64,000 nt of DNA from Candidatus Marinacidobacterales bacterium. GTDB lineage: Bacteria > Acidobacteriota > Vicinamibacteria > Marinacidobacterales > DATDRI01. Below the pieces are notes generated by a model that saw only the letters and a program-made list of their open reading frames with translations, was not told the DNA's origin and made no database searches. This document shows, one piece after another, positions 10,455-18,978 of this stretch. The DNA is taken from NCBI GenBank assembly GCA_965226495.1, contig OZ245365.1, positions 3,232,001 through 3,296,000 of the forward strand, read 5' to 3'. Each line of letters opens with the position of its first letter. The first letter of the stretch is position 1. The position numbers were made by a program, and so were the translations under genes.

Positions 10455-11735
10455 ATGATTAGGAAACTCGCGTTGCTCTTGGCGGTCATGGTAACCGTAG
10501 CTTCCGGGCTCGTGCTAGGTGCGGGCGCACCCGCCGACGACGTCGAAATCGTCCCCGCCGACGGAAGCGGCAAGAACTTCTGGCCACGGTGGCGGGGCCC
10601 TTCCGGCCAAGGAGTCGTCGAAGGCACCGGATATCCGGAAACGTGGTCCGCCACCGAAAACGTCCAGTGGAAGGTGCGTGTCCCTGGGCGAGGAAACTCT
10701 TCTCCTATCATCTGGGACGACAAGATCTTCTTGACCGCCGCTTACGATGGCGGAAAAAGAGTCTCGTTGCTCTGTTTCCGACGATCCGACGGCGAGCTGC
10801 TGTGGGAAGTCTTTGCACCCAAAGCGACGCCAGAGAGTCCGCACCCAAAAAATGGACACGCCTCGGGAACACCGACAACCGATGGTGTTCGCGTCTATGC
10901 CTATCTAGGAAATCATGGCCTCTTGGCGGTGGACTTCAGCGGCAAGATGGCGTGGCATCAACCCTTCGCCGAGATACCGGCCTTCCACGGCACCGCGGGC
11001 TCTCCCCTGCTCTACAAGGACAGCGTCATTCTTTACCAAGACCACGAGGGTGGAACCTCGTTCGTGGCCGCGTTCAACAAGAGCTCGGGCAAGGTGAAGT
11101 GGTCGACCCATCGTGACGAGACCGTGGGCTGGGGAACGCCGATCGTGATCCGCGTCGGGGACCGTGACGAGCTCATCGTGAGCAGTCAGAAGCGTGTTTA
11201 TGCGTACGATCCCGATACCGGCAAAGAGCTTTGGACTTGTGGCGGAAACCTGTATGAAGTCATCCCCACCCCGGTCGTCGGCCACGGCCTCGTGTATTGT
11301 TCTTCAGGACGTGCCGGTCCGACTCTGGCGATCCGACCCGGCGGCAGCGGCGATGTGACCGACACTCACGTGGTCTGGAAGAGCCCCAAGGGCTCTCCGT
11401 TCGTCCCCTCACCACTCTTGTACGGCGACTACCTCTACATGGTGAATGACATGCTGAGCGTCGCGACGTGCTATGACGCGAAGAGCGGCGGGGTCATGTG
11501 GCAAGGACGCCTCGGCGAGGCGCAGAAGGAGGGGTTCTCGGCCTCCCCGATCGGAGTGCAAGGCAAGGTCTTCCTGACCAACGACCTGGGTGATACTTTT
11601 GTTTTGAAAGCTGGACCGGAGTTCGAATTGCTACACGTCAACCGGCTGAACCAGCGAATGCTGGCTTCGCCCGCGTTGATGGACGGTCACTGGTACTTCC
11701 GAACGGAGAGCCATCTCCTCAGCATTGGCAGCTGA
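10455..11735 (+). CDS. Secreted PQQ-binding-like beta-propeller repeat protein
   Basis: Signal peptide, FWPRWRGP, repeated propeller motifs; paralog of 1337..2671. Confidence 0.85.
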   Translation: MIRKLALLLAVMVTVASGLVLGAGAPADDVEIVPADGSGKNFWPRWRGPSGQGVVEGTGYPETWSATENVQWKVRVPGRGNSSPIIWDDKIFLTAAYDGGKRVSLLCFRRSDGELLWEVFAPKATPESPHPKNGHASGTPTTDGVRVYAYLGNHGLLAVDFSGKMAWHQPFAEIPAFHGTAGSPLLYKDSVILYQDHEGGTSFVAAFNKSSGKVKWSTHRDETVGWGTPIVIRVGDRDELIVSSQKRVYAYDPDTGKELWTCGGNLYEVIPTPVVGHGLVYCSSGRAGPTLAIRPGGSGDVTDTHVVWKSPKGSPFVPSPLLYGDYLYMVNDMLSVATCYDAKSGGVMWQGRLGEAQKEGFSASPIGVQGKVFLTNDLGDTFVLKAGPEFELLHVNRLNQRMLASPALMDGHWYFRTESHLLSIGS

Positions 11736-11762
11736 TTCGTACCGCCCAAGCGAAACCGACAC

Positions 11763-11855
11763 CTAATCGGTCTCGGACTTCTTTTTGGTGTAGACGATCT
11801 CCATGCTCTTCTGTTCGTTTCCGTCGACGTCTATCATGAACATCTCGAAGACGTG
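11763..11855 (-). pseudogene. C-terminal remnant of a DUF1579-like gene
   Basis: Hand translation gives KHVFEMFMIDVDGNEQKSMEIVYTKKKSETD*, closed upstream by an in-frame TAA. Confidence 0.5.
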
Positions 11856-11945
11856 CTTTTACCCCCGTGCCACTACCGTGTCAACCGGAGGAAGGCGCTT
11901 TCTTGTCGTCGTTTTTATGGTCTAACATGGATCTCATGGATCGCC

Positions 11946-12662
11946 GTGAGTGACGACAACCTATACTTTCGCCAGCTCCTAGCCGGGCGGGACTTCGCCC
12001 GCGAGAATCCGATTGCCGGGCAGATGGTCAACTTCTGCTACCTCGTCGGGGACCGCTCGACCCGGAAAGCCGTCGTCGTGGATCCGGCCTGGAATGTCAA
12101 AGATCTGATCGACGCTGCTGAAAAGGACGACATGGAGTTGGTCGGCGCCCTCGCCACCCACTACCATCCCGATCACATTGGCGGTGACCTCTTCGGCCAC
12201 GATATCGAGGGACTCGCTCGACTCCTCGAACTGAAGGGAATGAAGGTCCACGTTCAGAAACCGGAGGCCGACGGCGTCCGCTTCGTGACCGGGCTATCCG
12301 ATACCGACCTCACGCTCCACGACGGCGGCGATCGGCTGAGCCTCGGCGAAGTCGAAATCGAGTTCGTTCACACTCCGGGGCATACGCCAGGAAGCCAATG
12401 CTTCCTGGTGCGTGGCCGCTTGGTCTCCGGCGATACGCTTTTCGTTCAGGGATGCGGTCGAGTCGACCTTCCAGGAGGCGACCCCGCGGAGATGTACCGA
12501 ACCCTTACCGAGCGCCTGGCAAAGCTTCCAGATGACGTGGTGCTCTACCCCGGACACGACTACGCGGAGCGGCCAACCTCGACGCTCGGCGAGCAGCGCC
12601 AGACAAACTATGCACTTCGCGTGTCCAATGTGGATGATTGGCTCCGGATGATGGGACGCTGA
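11946..12662 (+). CDS. MBL-fold metallo-hydrolase (glyoxalase II-like)
   Basis: THYHPDH, HTPGHTPG, SGDTLF, YPGHDY. GTG start at 11946 inferred. Confidence 0.85.
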   Translation: MSDDNLYFRQLLAGRDFARENPIAGQMVNFCYLVGDRSTRKAVVVDPAWNVKDLIDAAEKDDMELVGALATHYHPDHIGGDLFGHDIEGLARLLELKGMKVHVQKPEADGVRFVTGLSDTDLTLHDGGDRLSLGEVEIEFVHTPGHTPGSQCFLVRGRLVSGDTLFVQGCGRVDLPGGDPAEMYRTLTERLAKLPDDVVLYPGHDYAERPTSTLGEQRQTNYALRVSNVDDWLRMMGR

Positions 12663-12906
12663 TGTTGGTCTCTTCGTCCTTTACTCCCTCTCCCTCAGGG
12701 AGAGGGGGCCTTAGTTTTGTTCGGCGGAACTGTCTGGCTGACTCAGAAATCATCCCTCAAGGATTCCGGCGAACAACATTCCGCTGCTCAGAACTTGTGC
12801 AAAGTGGAGGAGCGCTTGCGGCGGCGCGGGTCCCCGGGCCGCCTTCGACAAGTTCTCAACACCCATTTGCACAGATAGTGTTAGTCGAACCGAACGCCTT
12901 ATCTGA

Positions 12907-14061
12907 ATGACCTACCTAACTCTCGCCCTCTTCGCCTTTTGGGGGCTTCTCACCGTCCAGACGATAGTGAACTTGCTCGCCTTTCGCCGACTGAAACCCG
13001 CCGACCCGTCCGGCCCACAAGAGGACTGGCCGATGGTCTCTATCGTCATACCCGCCCGCAACGAAGCAAGAGACATCGGCCCGACGCTGGATGCGGCTTT
13101 GGCGCAAGACTATCCCAGCTTCGAAGTGGTCGTCGTCGATGACAGCTCGACAGACGGGACAGCGGGAGAGATCGAACGCCGAGCGAGCGACCCGCGGCTC
13201 GTGCCAGTGTCCTGCCCTCCCCTTCCCGAAGGCTGGTTGGGCAAGCCACACGCCCTTTCCAACGGGACCGCGATCGCCCGCGGAGAGTGGCTTCTTCTCA
13301 TGGACGCCGACGTTCGTTTGGCCCCCGCCGCGCTTCGCCAAACGGTCGGTCGCGCTACGTCGGAACGCTGGGATCAACTAGCACTCCTACCTCACTTCGA
13401 ACGGAAGGGCTTTTGGGAGGAGGTCGCGATGCCTTCCCTGCCAGTCTTCTTTTTCGTTTTCTCTCCCTCGTTTATCGCCCTCTCCCGGCGTCGAAAGTTG
13501 GCCTTTGGTGGTGGCGCCTTCAACCTCGTCCGGCGGGAAGCCTACGACGCGATCGGAGGTCATCGCCGGCTTGCCGCCTCGGTAGTCGACGACGTCCGAC
13601 TGGCGATGGAGCTGAAAGCGGCGGGATTCAAGACTCGCACTCAGCTTGGACCTTCCCTACTTCGACTGCGCATGTATCGAGGGCTAGGCGAGATCGTCGA
13701 GGGATTCACCAAAAACGCTCACGCCGTCTGGAGAGGCCGCGAGCCCCTGCTCGTCGTCGCGTCCTCGGCGCTCCTTGCTCTGAACATCCTTCCTTTCTTT
13801 TGGCTACCTTGGGCGATGGGCGTTCCATCGCAAGCCTTGTCCCCACCTTTGCTGTGGCTCGGAGCGAGCCTCGCGCTGCTTGTCGCATGCCGGTCGGCGA
13901 TCCAATGGCGGTTGGGTTTTCCTTGGTGGCCGGTGCTGTTTCACCCGTTGTCGGTCCTGGTGAGCTATGTGATCCTGGCACGCTCGCTACGTATGGTTTA
14001 CGTAGAGGGGATCGTCCGGTGGCGGGGTCGCGAGTACCGGAGCGATACGACCAGTTTCTGA
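12907..14061 (+). CDS. Family 2 glycosyltransferase (carotenoid/hopanoid-associated type), membrane bound
   Basis: SIVIPARNE, VVDDSSTDGT, GWLGKP, DAD motif, C-terminal WRGREY. Confidence 0.85.
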   Translation: MTYLTLALFAFWGLLTVQTIVNLLAFRRLKPADPSGPQEDWPMVSIVIPARNEARDIGPTLDAALAQDYPSFEVVVVDDSSTDGTAGEIERRASDPRLVPVSCPPLPEGWLGKPHALSNGTAIARGEWLLLMDADVRLAPAALRQTVGRATSERWDQLALLPHFERKGFWEEVAMPSLPVFFFVFSPSFIALSRRRKLAFGGGAFNLVRREAYDAIGGHRRLAASVVDDVRLAMELKAAGFKTRTQLGPSLLRLRMYRGLGEIVEGFTKNAHAVWRGREPLLVVASSALLALNILPFFWLPWAMGVPSQALSPPLLWLGASLALLVACRSAIQWRLGFPWWPVLFHPLSVLVSYVILARSLRMVYVEGIVRWRGREYRSDTTSF

Positions 14062-14168
14062 CCTTAACGGCCCGTTCTCGGCGTCCGCTTACGTCACACT
14101 GATTTCCCGAAAACGAACGCCTCGAAATAGTTCGATCTGCCAAGTACCCTTTCCTACCGGGTTACGAA

Positions 14169-14184
14169 TGGCATACATGTTGCA
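14169..14184 (+). promoter_or_regulatory. Sigma54 (-24/-12) promoter
   Basis: TGGCATACATGTTGCA, GG-N10-GC, 34 bp upstream of the permease ATG. Confidence 0.65.
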
Positions 14185-14218
14185 AATCCACCTCTAGGGA
14201 AACTCACGGAGGTTCAAG

Positions 14219-16681
14219 ATGGGCACACTGTTTCAACAGTTCCGATTGGCTTTCCGAGGGCTGCGAGCGGCACCCGGCTACGCGGTTACCTTCGTGCTGA
14301 CGCTTGGACTGGGTATCGGGGCCAACGCCGCTATCTTCAGTGTCGTGAACGGAGTCTTATTGAGACCCCTCCCCTACCGCGACGGTGAGCAACTGGTCTA
14401 CCTGCGCCACTCTGCGCCGCTCGCCGGAATCGACAACGCCCTCTTCTCGGTCCCGGAGATCGACGATTACCGACAGCAGGTCGAAGGATTCGACCGCGTC
14501 GCCGAGTTCTCCGCCTTGACGTTCACGATGCTGGGACTCGACGAACCGCGCCGGGTTCGCGCCGGCATCGTCACCGGCAACTATTTCGAAGTCATGGGAC
14601 TCGGGGCCGTCGTCGGCAGGGTGATCTCGGGAGAGGATGGCGGCGAGTCTGCCGCTCCGGTCGCGGTGCTGACGCACGATTACTGGCAGCGAACTTTCGG
14701 AGGAGATCCTGCGGCGGTGGGTCGCATCGTTACGATGAACGGGCGGAGTGTCGAGATCATCGGCGTAGCCAATTCGGCTCCTCCGTATCCCGAGCGCACC
14801 GATCTCTACACCAACATGGTCACGAGCCCGCACCACCTGAGCGCAGCCATGACGCATGACCGACTGCACCGTATGACCGAGGTCTTCGCTCGCCTGACGC
14901 CGGAAGCCGATGTTGTATCCGCGACGCGTCAAGTCGAAGCGGTCACCGCCCGGCTCCATGCCGAGTACCCCGAAGCCTACAACGCCACGGAAGGATACGA
15001 CGTCACGGTCAGTGCTCTCCGCGACCAGCTGTCTGGCCGCGCCCAGCCGACGCTACTCATGCTTTTGGGCGTAGCCGCATTCGTTCTCGTCATCGCTTGC
15101 GCAAACGTCGCAAATCTAACGCTGGCCCGCGTCATGAAACGGCAAGAGGAGCTGGGACTTCGCGTGTCGCTTGGAGCGAGCCGTGGCGCGCTGCGACGAC
15201 AACTCCTCATCGAGAACCTCGTGCCCTCGCTCTTGGGCGCGGGACTCGGGTGGTTGATCGCACTGAACGGCGTCGACCTCCTCGCGTCGTACGTGTCGCG
15301 GTATACGGCGCGCGCTTCCGAGATCACCGTAGATACGACCGTCTTCTTCGTGGCGCTCGGAGTCGGAGTGGCGGCGGCTTGCGTCTTCGCCTTGCTGCCG
15401 CGGCTGCCGGACGCCGTCGGCGCCAGCGGCGGTGCCCGGTTCGGGCAGCGTGCTACCGCCGGAGTCGCCGGTCGGCGCTTGCAACGGCTGCTCGTCGTCT
15501 CTCAGATGGCCGTTTGCTTCGTGCTGCTGATCGGCGCCGCCTTACTCCTTCGAACACTCTTCAACCTGCAGCAAGCCGAGGCGGGTGTGGATGCGGAGGA
15601 AGTGCTTGCGATGGAGGTTCCCATCCTTTCCGGCAAACGGAGTGTCGATGAACGGCGCACTTACTATCGGACCATCCGCGATCGTGCCGCCGCCATTCCC
15701 GGTGTCCGCAGCGCAGCCTTGGGTAACTTCGTCCCGTTGCGCGGGGCCCCGGCCGGATTGTCGGCATTCTTGGCCGCGATGGAGTTTCGTGTCGAAGGGC
15801 AGGTAGTCGATCCGGGAGCGGCACAACCACGCGCCGACTTCCGCGCCGTCAGCGTCGACTACTTCAGCACCTTGGGTATCAGCTTGAGCCAAGGACGATG
15901 GCTGCAAGCGACGGACCGGCCCGACGCAGCGAAAGTGGTCCTCATCAACGAGTCGATGGCGAAGCACTACTTCCCCGATCAAGAGCCCGTGGGAAGACGC
16001 ATCGCCTGGTCCGGTGACATTCTTCGATTCATCGGCGTCAGTGACGAGTGGCGCACGGTCGTAGGCGTGGTGTCGGACTCCAAGGACTACGGCGTCGATC
16101 AGCGGGTGCCACACATCGTCTTTCACCCAGTTGCTCAAGAGCCTGTCGCGAACATTCTCTTCCTTCGCACCTCACAACCGGAGAGCGTCGTTCGCTCCGC
16201 CATCGGGGTCATTCGCCGCTTGGATCCCGATCAACCAGTGGTGAACGTAGCCACGCTCGCGAACGTGCGATCCGAAGCGATCGCACCGCAACGCCTCACC
16301 GCGACTCTGGTCGGTGTTTTTGCACTTCTCGCCTTGGCCATTGCCGCGGTGGGCGTTGCCGGCGTCCTCGCTTTCCACGTGAGCCAGCGAACGCGTGAGC
16401 TCGGGATCCGAGCGGCACTCGGCGCCGATCGCTTGCGTCTCATGCTAACCATCGTCACCGAGGGCGCCAGCCTGACGGTTGCTGGCCTCGTTATCGGAAG
16501 CGTCGCTGCTGCCTGGATGTCGAACCTGATCTCGGGACTGCTTTTCGAAGTCGCCCCCACCGATCTCACAACTTTTGTCGGGGTGGCGCTAGTCCTAACC
16601 GCAGTGTCCCTGACCGCCTCCTCGGTTCCCGGCTGGATGGCCTCGAAGGTCGACCCCGCGGTGGCGCTAAGAACCGAGTGA
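14219..16681 (+). CDS. ABC permease, duplicated MacB/FtsX type (acidobacterial ADOP family)
   Basis: TLGLGIGANAAIFSVVNGVLLRPLPY, LVIACANVANL, SQRTRELGIRAALGA, DPAVALRTE. No adjacent ATPase. Confidence 0.9.
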   Translation: MGTLFQQFRLAFRGLRAAPGYAVTFVLTLGLGIGANAAIFSVVNGVLLRPLPYRDGEQLVYLRHSAPLAGIDNALFSVPEIDDYRQQVEGFDRVAEFSALTFTMLGLDEPRRVRAGIVTGNYFEVMGLGAVVGRVISGEDGGESAAPVAVLTHDYWQRTFGGDPAAVGRIVTMNGRSVEIIGVANSAPPYPERTDLYTNMVTSPHHLSAAMTHDRLHRMTEVFARLTPEADVVSATRQVEAVTARLHAEYPEAYNATEGYDVTVSALRDQLSGRAQPTLLMLLGVAAFVLVIACANVANLTLARVMKRQEELGLRVSLGASRGALRRQLLIENLVPSLLGAGLGWLIALNGVDLLASYVSRYTARASEITVDTTVFFVALGVGVAAACVFALLPRLPDAVGASGGARFGQRATAGVAGRRLQRLLVVSQMAVCFVLLIGAALLLRTLFNLQQAEAGVDAEEVLAMEVPILSGKRSVDERRTYYRTIRDRAAAIPGVRSAALGNFVPLRGAPAGLSAFLAAMEFRVEGQVVDPGAAQPRADFRAVSVDYFSTLGISLSQGRWLQATDRPDAAKVVLINESMAKHYFPDQEPVGRRIAWSGDILRFIGVSDEWRTVVGVVSDSKDYGVDQRVPHIVFHPVAQEPVANILFLRTSQPESVVRSAIGVIRRLDPDQPVVNVATLANVRSEAIAPQRLTATLVGVFALLALAIAAVGVAGVLAFHVSQRTRELGIRAALGADRLRLMLTIVTEGASLTVAGLVIGSVAAAWMSNLISGLLFEVAPTDLTTFVGVALVLTAVSLTASSVPGWMASKVDPAVALRTE

Positions 16682-16733
16682 TCTAAAGCCGTCTCCAACT
16701 CGCCCGTGTTAATAATGGGCGGGGAGACGTGTC

Positions 16734-18219
16734 ATGTGGATACTCTTGTTTGCGATGGCGATGCTCGCCCTCTTTACGCCGCCAACCGACGCACAGACAG
16801 ACCAGTCCCACCTTTGGGGTGAGCTCGAGCCCGGTCCTCAGGGCGTCGGCTTTCGCGTCGCGAACTTGGAAGACGCCGCGCGACGTAGCCGAGTGAGTCT
16901 CCCGTTCGACGATTCCGAAACCTCTGGTCGTCCGATTCAAGTCTGCCTCTGGTATCCGGCCGACACCGATGGCAAACGGCCGATCCAGTTTCGAGACTAT
17001 GTCGATACCTTGCCCCAGGCGAAGAAACTGGATGAGCAAGCACGAACCTGGGCGATGGGCTCGCTTCGCACGAACATCAATTCAGCGGATCCCCTATCAC
17101 TCGATGAAGAGACGCTCGAGGCGCTAGTCGAAACTCCAACCATGGCGGTCCGGGAGGCGCCTCCCGTACCTCAGAAGTTTCCGCTCCTTATATGGGGTGC
17201 TCGGCATTCCACCTGCGCCGCCCAATCCGTTTTGAGCGAGTTCTTGTCCAGCCACGGTTATGTCGTTGCCGCGGTCGAGTATCGCGGACTGCGACCCCGC
17301 AATCCCTGGGAGGACCAGAAACCCGCCGAGCTTCTGCGGACCTTTGAGACATGGACACGCGATCTGGAATTCGGGCTCTCTCATCTGCGAACGCTCGATT
17401 TCGTCGACGCCGAGACGACCGGCGTCTTATCCTGGAGCTACGGCGGATTGTCGGCGGTGGAGCTCGTTCTAAGAAATCCCGACATCGGTGCGCTCGTGAG
17501 TCTAGACGCCACGAGTTGGTGGACGGTGGAGCAGCTCGCGCAGTCGTCGTACAAGGAATGGTTCTACAATCGCGGCACCATCCCTGATCATGACGATCGA
17601 GGGTCGCCATAATCCGGCAACACTTTTCGATTCGCTCGAAAGCGCAGAGGCTTATCTCCTCACCTTCTCACGCATCAACCACGGAAACTTCAATGCGCTC
17701 GAAGGATTCATTCCGGAGCTCCTGGGAATCTCACCGGTCGCGCCTTGGTCCGTTTCGGGACCCGACGCGCGCTTAGGCTACCAGGCCGTTGCGGAGTACA
17801 CGCGTCACTTCTTGGACGGTTACCTGAAACAGAGTGCCGCTGGACTCGATTTCTTGAACGCCGACCGGAACGATTTTCTTACGCTCCAGAAAAAATCGGC
17901 GAGTCCCTTGCCTCCAACCGATGAAGAGATCTTGCACGGCTTGAATCGGAACCGCGTGCCGGAGCTCACCGAAGAAAGGTCGCTCGATGTCGCCGCCCGG
18001 CTGATCGAAGAAGCCCGTTTTGGGGAAGCGCTCGAACTGCTCGCGCTGACGACGGAGCGATATCCCGAATCGGCCGAAGCGCATTACCGGCGAGGCCAAG
18101 CCTATCTGTTGATGGGAGAGCACGAGCTCGCGCTGCCCCTCCTGCAAAAAACCTTGGAGCTCGCCCCCGACCACGAGATGGCGAAGCGAGCTCTGTCTCC
18201 GCTTGTTGAAGAGAGGTAG
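16734..18219 (+). pseudogene. Secreted alpha/beta hydrolase (dienelactone-hydrolase-like) with C-terminal TPR, split by a frameshift near 17585
   Basis: ORFs 16734..17612 (signal peptide, WSYGG nucleophile, SLD) and 17590..18219 (HGNF, TPR) overlap and read as one protein across a single-base shift. Confidence 0.65.
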
Positions 18220-18254
18220 GGACGCCCTCCCCGATTCAAACGGGGAGGACGTCC
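18220..18254. terminator. Hairpin between convergent genes (bidirectional terminator candidate)
   Basis: GGACGCCCTCCCCG-attcaaa-CGGGGAGGACGTCC inverted repeat. Confidence 0.65.
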
Positions 18255-18264
18255 GCTCAGGCGG

Positions 18265-18765
18265 CTACTTCTTTTTCTTACGGGTGGCTAGGTCATAGAC
18301 GGTGCCTGCAACGGCCCCGGCAGCCGCGCCAACCGCTGCTCCCTTCTTACCCTTCGCGATGGCACCGATGCCGGCGCCCGCGCCCGCAGCGCCGCCGATG
18401 ATGAGCGCGCTGTCTTTCAAGGAGCGGGAGCCCTCGTCTTCATTAGCTTCGGGCTTCGCGACCGGCGCATCGGAGCTAGCCTCGGGCACGCGCTCGTCTG
18501 TCACAACCGGAGCAGGCGTCGCTCTCACGATGGGCGCCGGCTGGGTCGGAACACACTTGACCCTGGCGACGGCCTCGCCGTTTGCCATTACCTGCTCCAC
18601 GAGAGCCTCCCTTCCAGCGCCGCAATCGACGAGAGGAGCCACCGAGAGAGCGCCTTCCACGCCCAACGGGTCCGTAGCCTCGCCCGCGGTCGTGGCGGCA
18701 ACGAAGCTACCGACCGCTAGGCCCAGACCGAAGATTCCTACGATCCAAAGAGCTAGAGTTCTCAT
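18265..18765 (-). CDS. Membrane protein with C-terminal glycine zipper
   Basis: N-terminal TM; IGGAAGAGAGIGAIAKGKKGAAVGAAAG; AGGAGG RBS. Confidence 0.75.
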   Translation of the reverse strand: MRTLALWIVGIFGLGLAVGSFVAATTAGEATDPLGVEGALSVAPLVDCGAGREALVEQVMANGEAVARVKCVPTQPAPIVRATPAPVVTDERVPEASSDAPVAKPEANEDEGSRSLKDSALIIGGAAGAGAGIGAIAKGKKGAAVGAAAGAVAGTVYDLATRKKKK

Positions 18766-18811
18766 GACCTGCCTCCTTTCGAGTCCCTAACGGGAAACAC
18801 TCACGATAAAG

Positions 18812-18826
18812 GCAAGTTGGATGCCA
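18812..18826 (-). promoter_or_regulatory. Sigma54 (-24/-12) promoter
   Basis: Minus strand TGGCATCCAACTTGC, GG-N10-GC, upstream of the glycine-zipper gene. Confidence 0.65.
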
Positions 18827-18978
18827 GAACGGTAAGTCGTTGCGTTAGCGGAGAGTTGGGGCCGCGACGTGATACAGGTCACGACGCAAAGACGTCCGGT
18901 TTCCCGGACGAACGGCGCCGGAAGTGGACAATCGTTCTGTTATAAGATGCTCCCCGGCAATTGATTTCTAGGCACGCC

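Noticed and set aside
12685-12707. CCCTCTCCCT-C-AGGGAGAGGG hairpin as a novel RNA
   Set aside because: It resembles common REP-like or terminator palindromes; only one clear copy is present.
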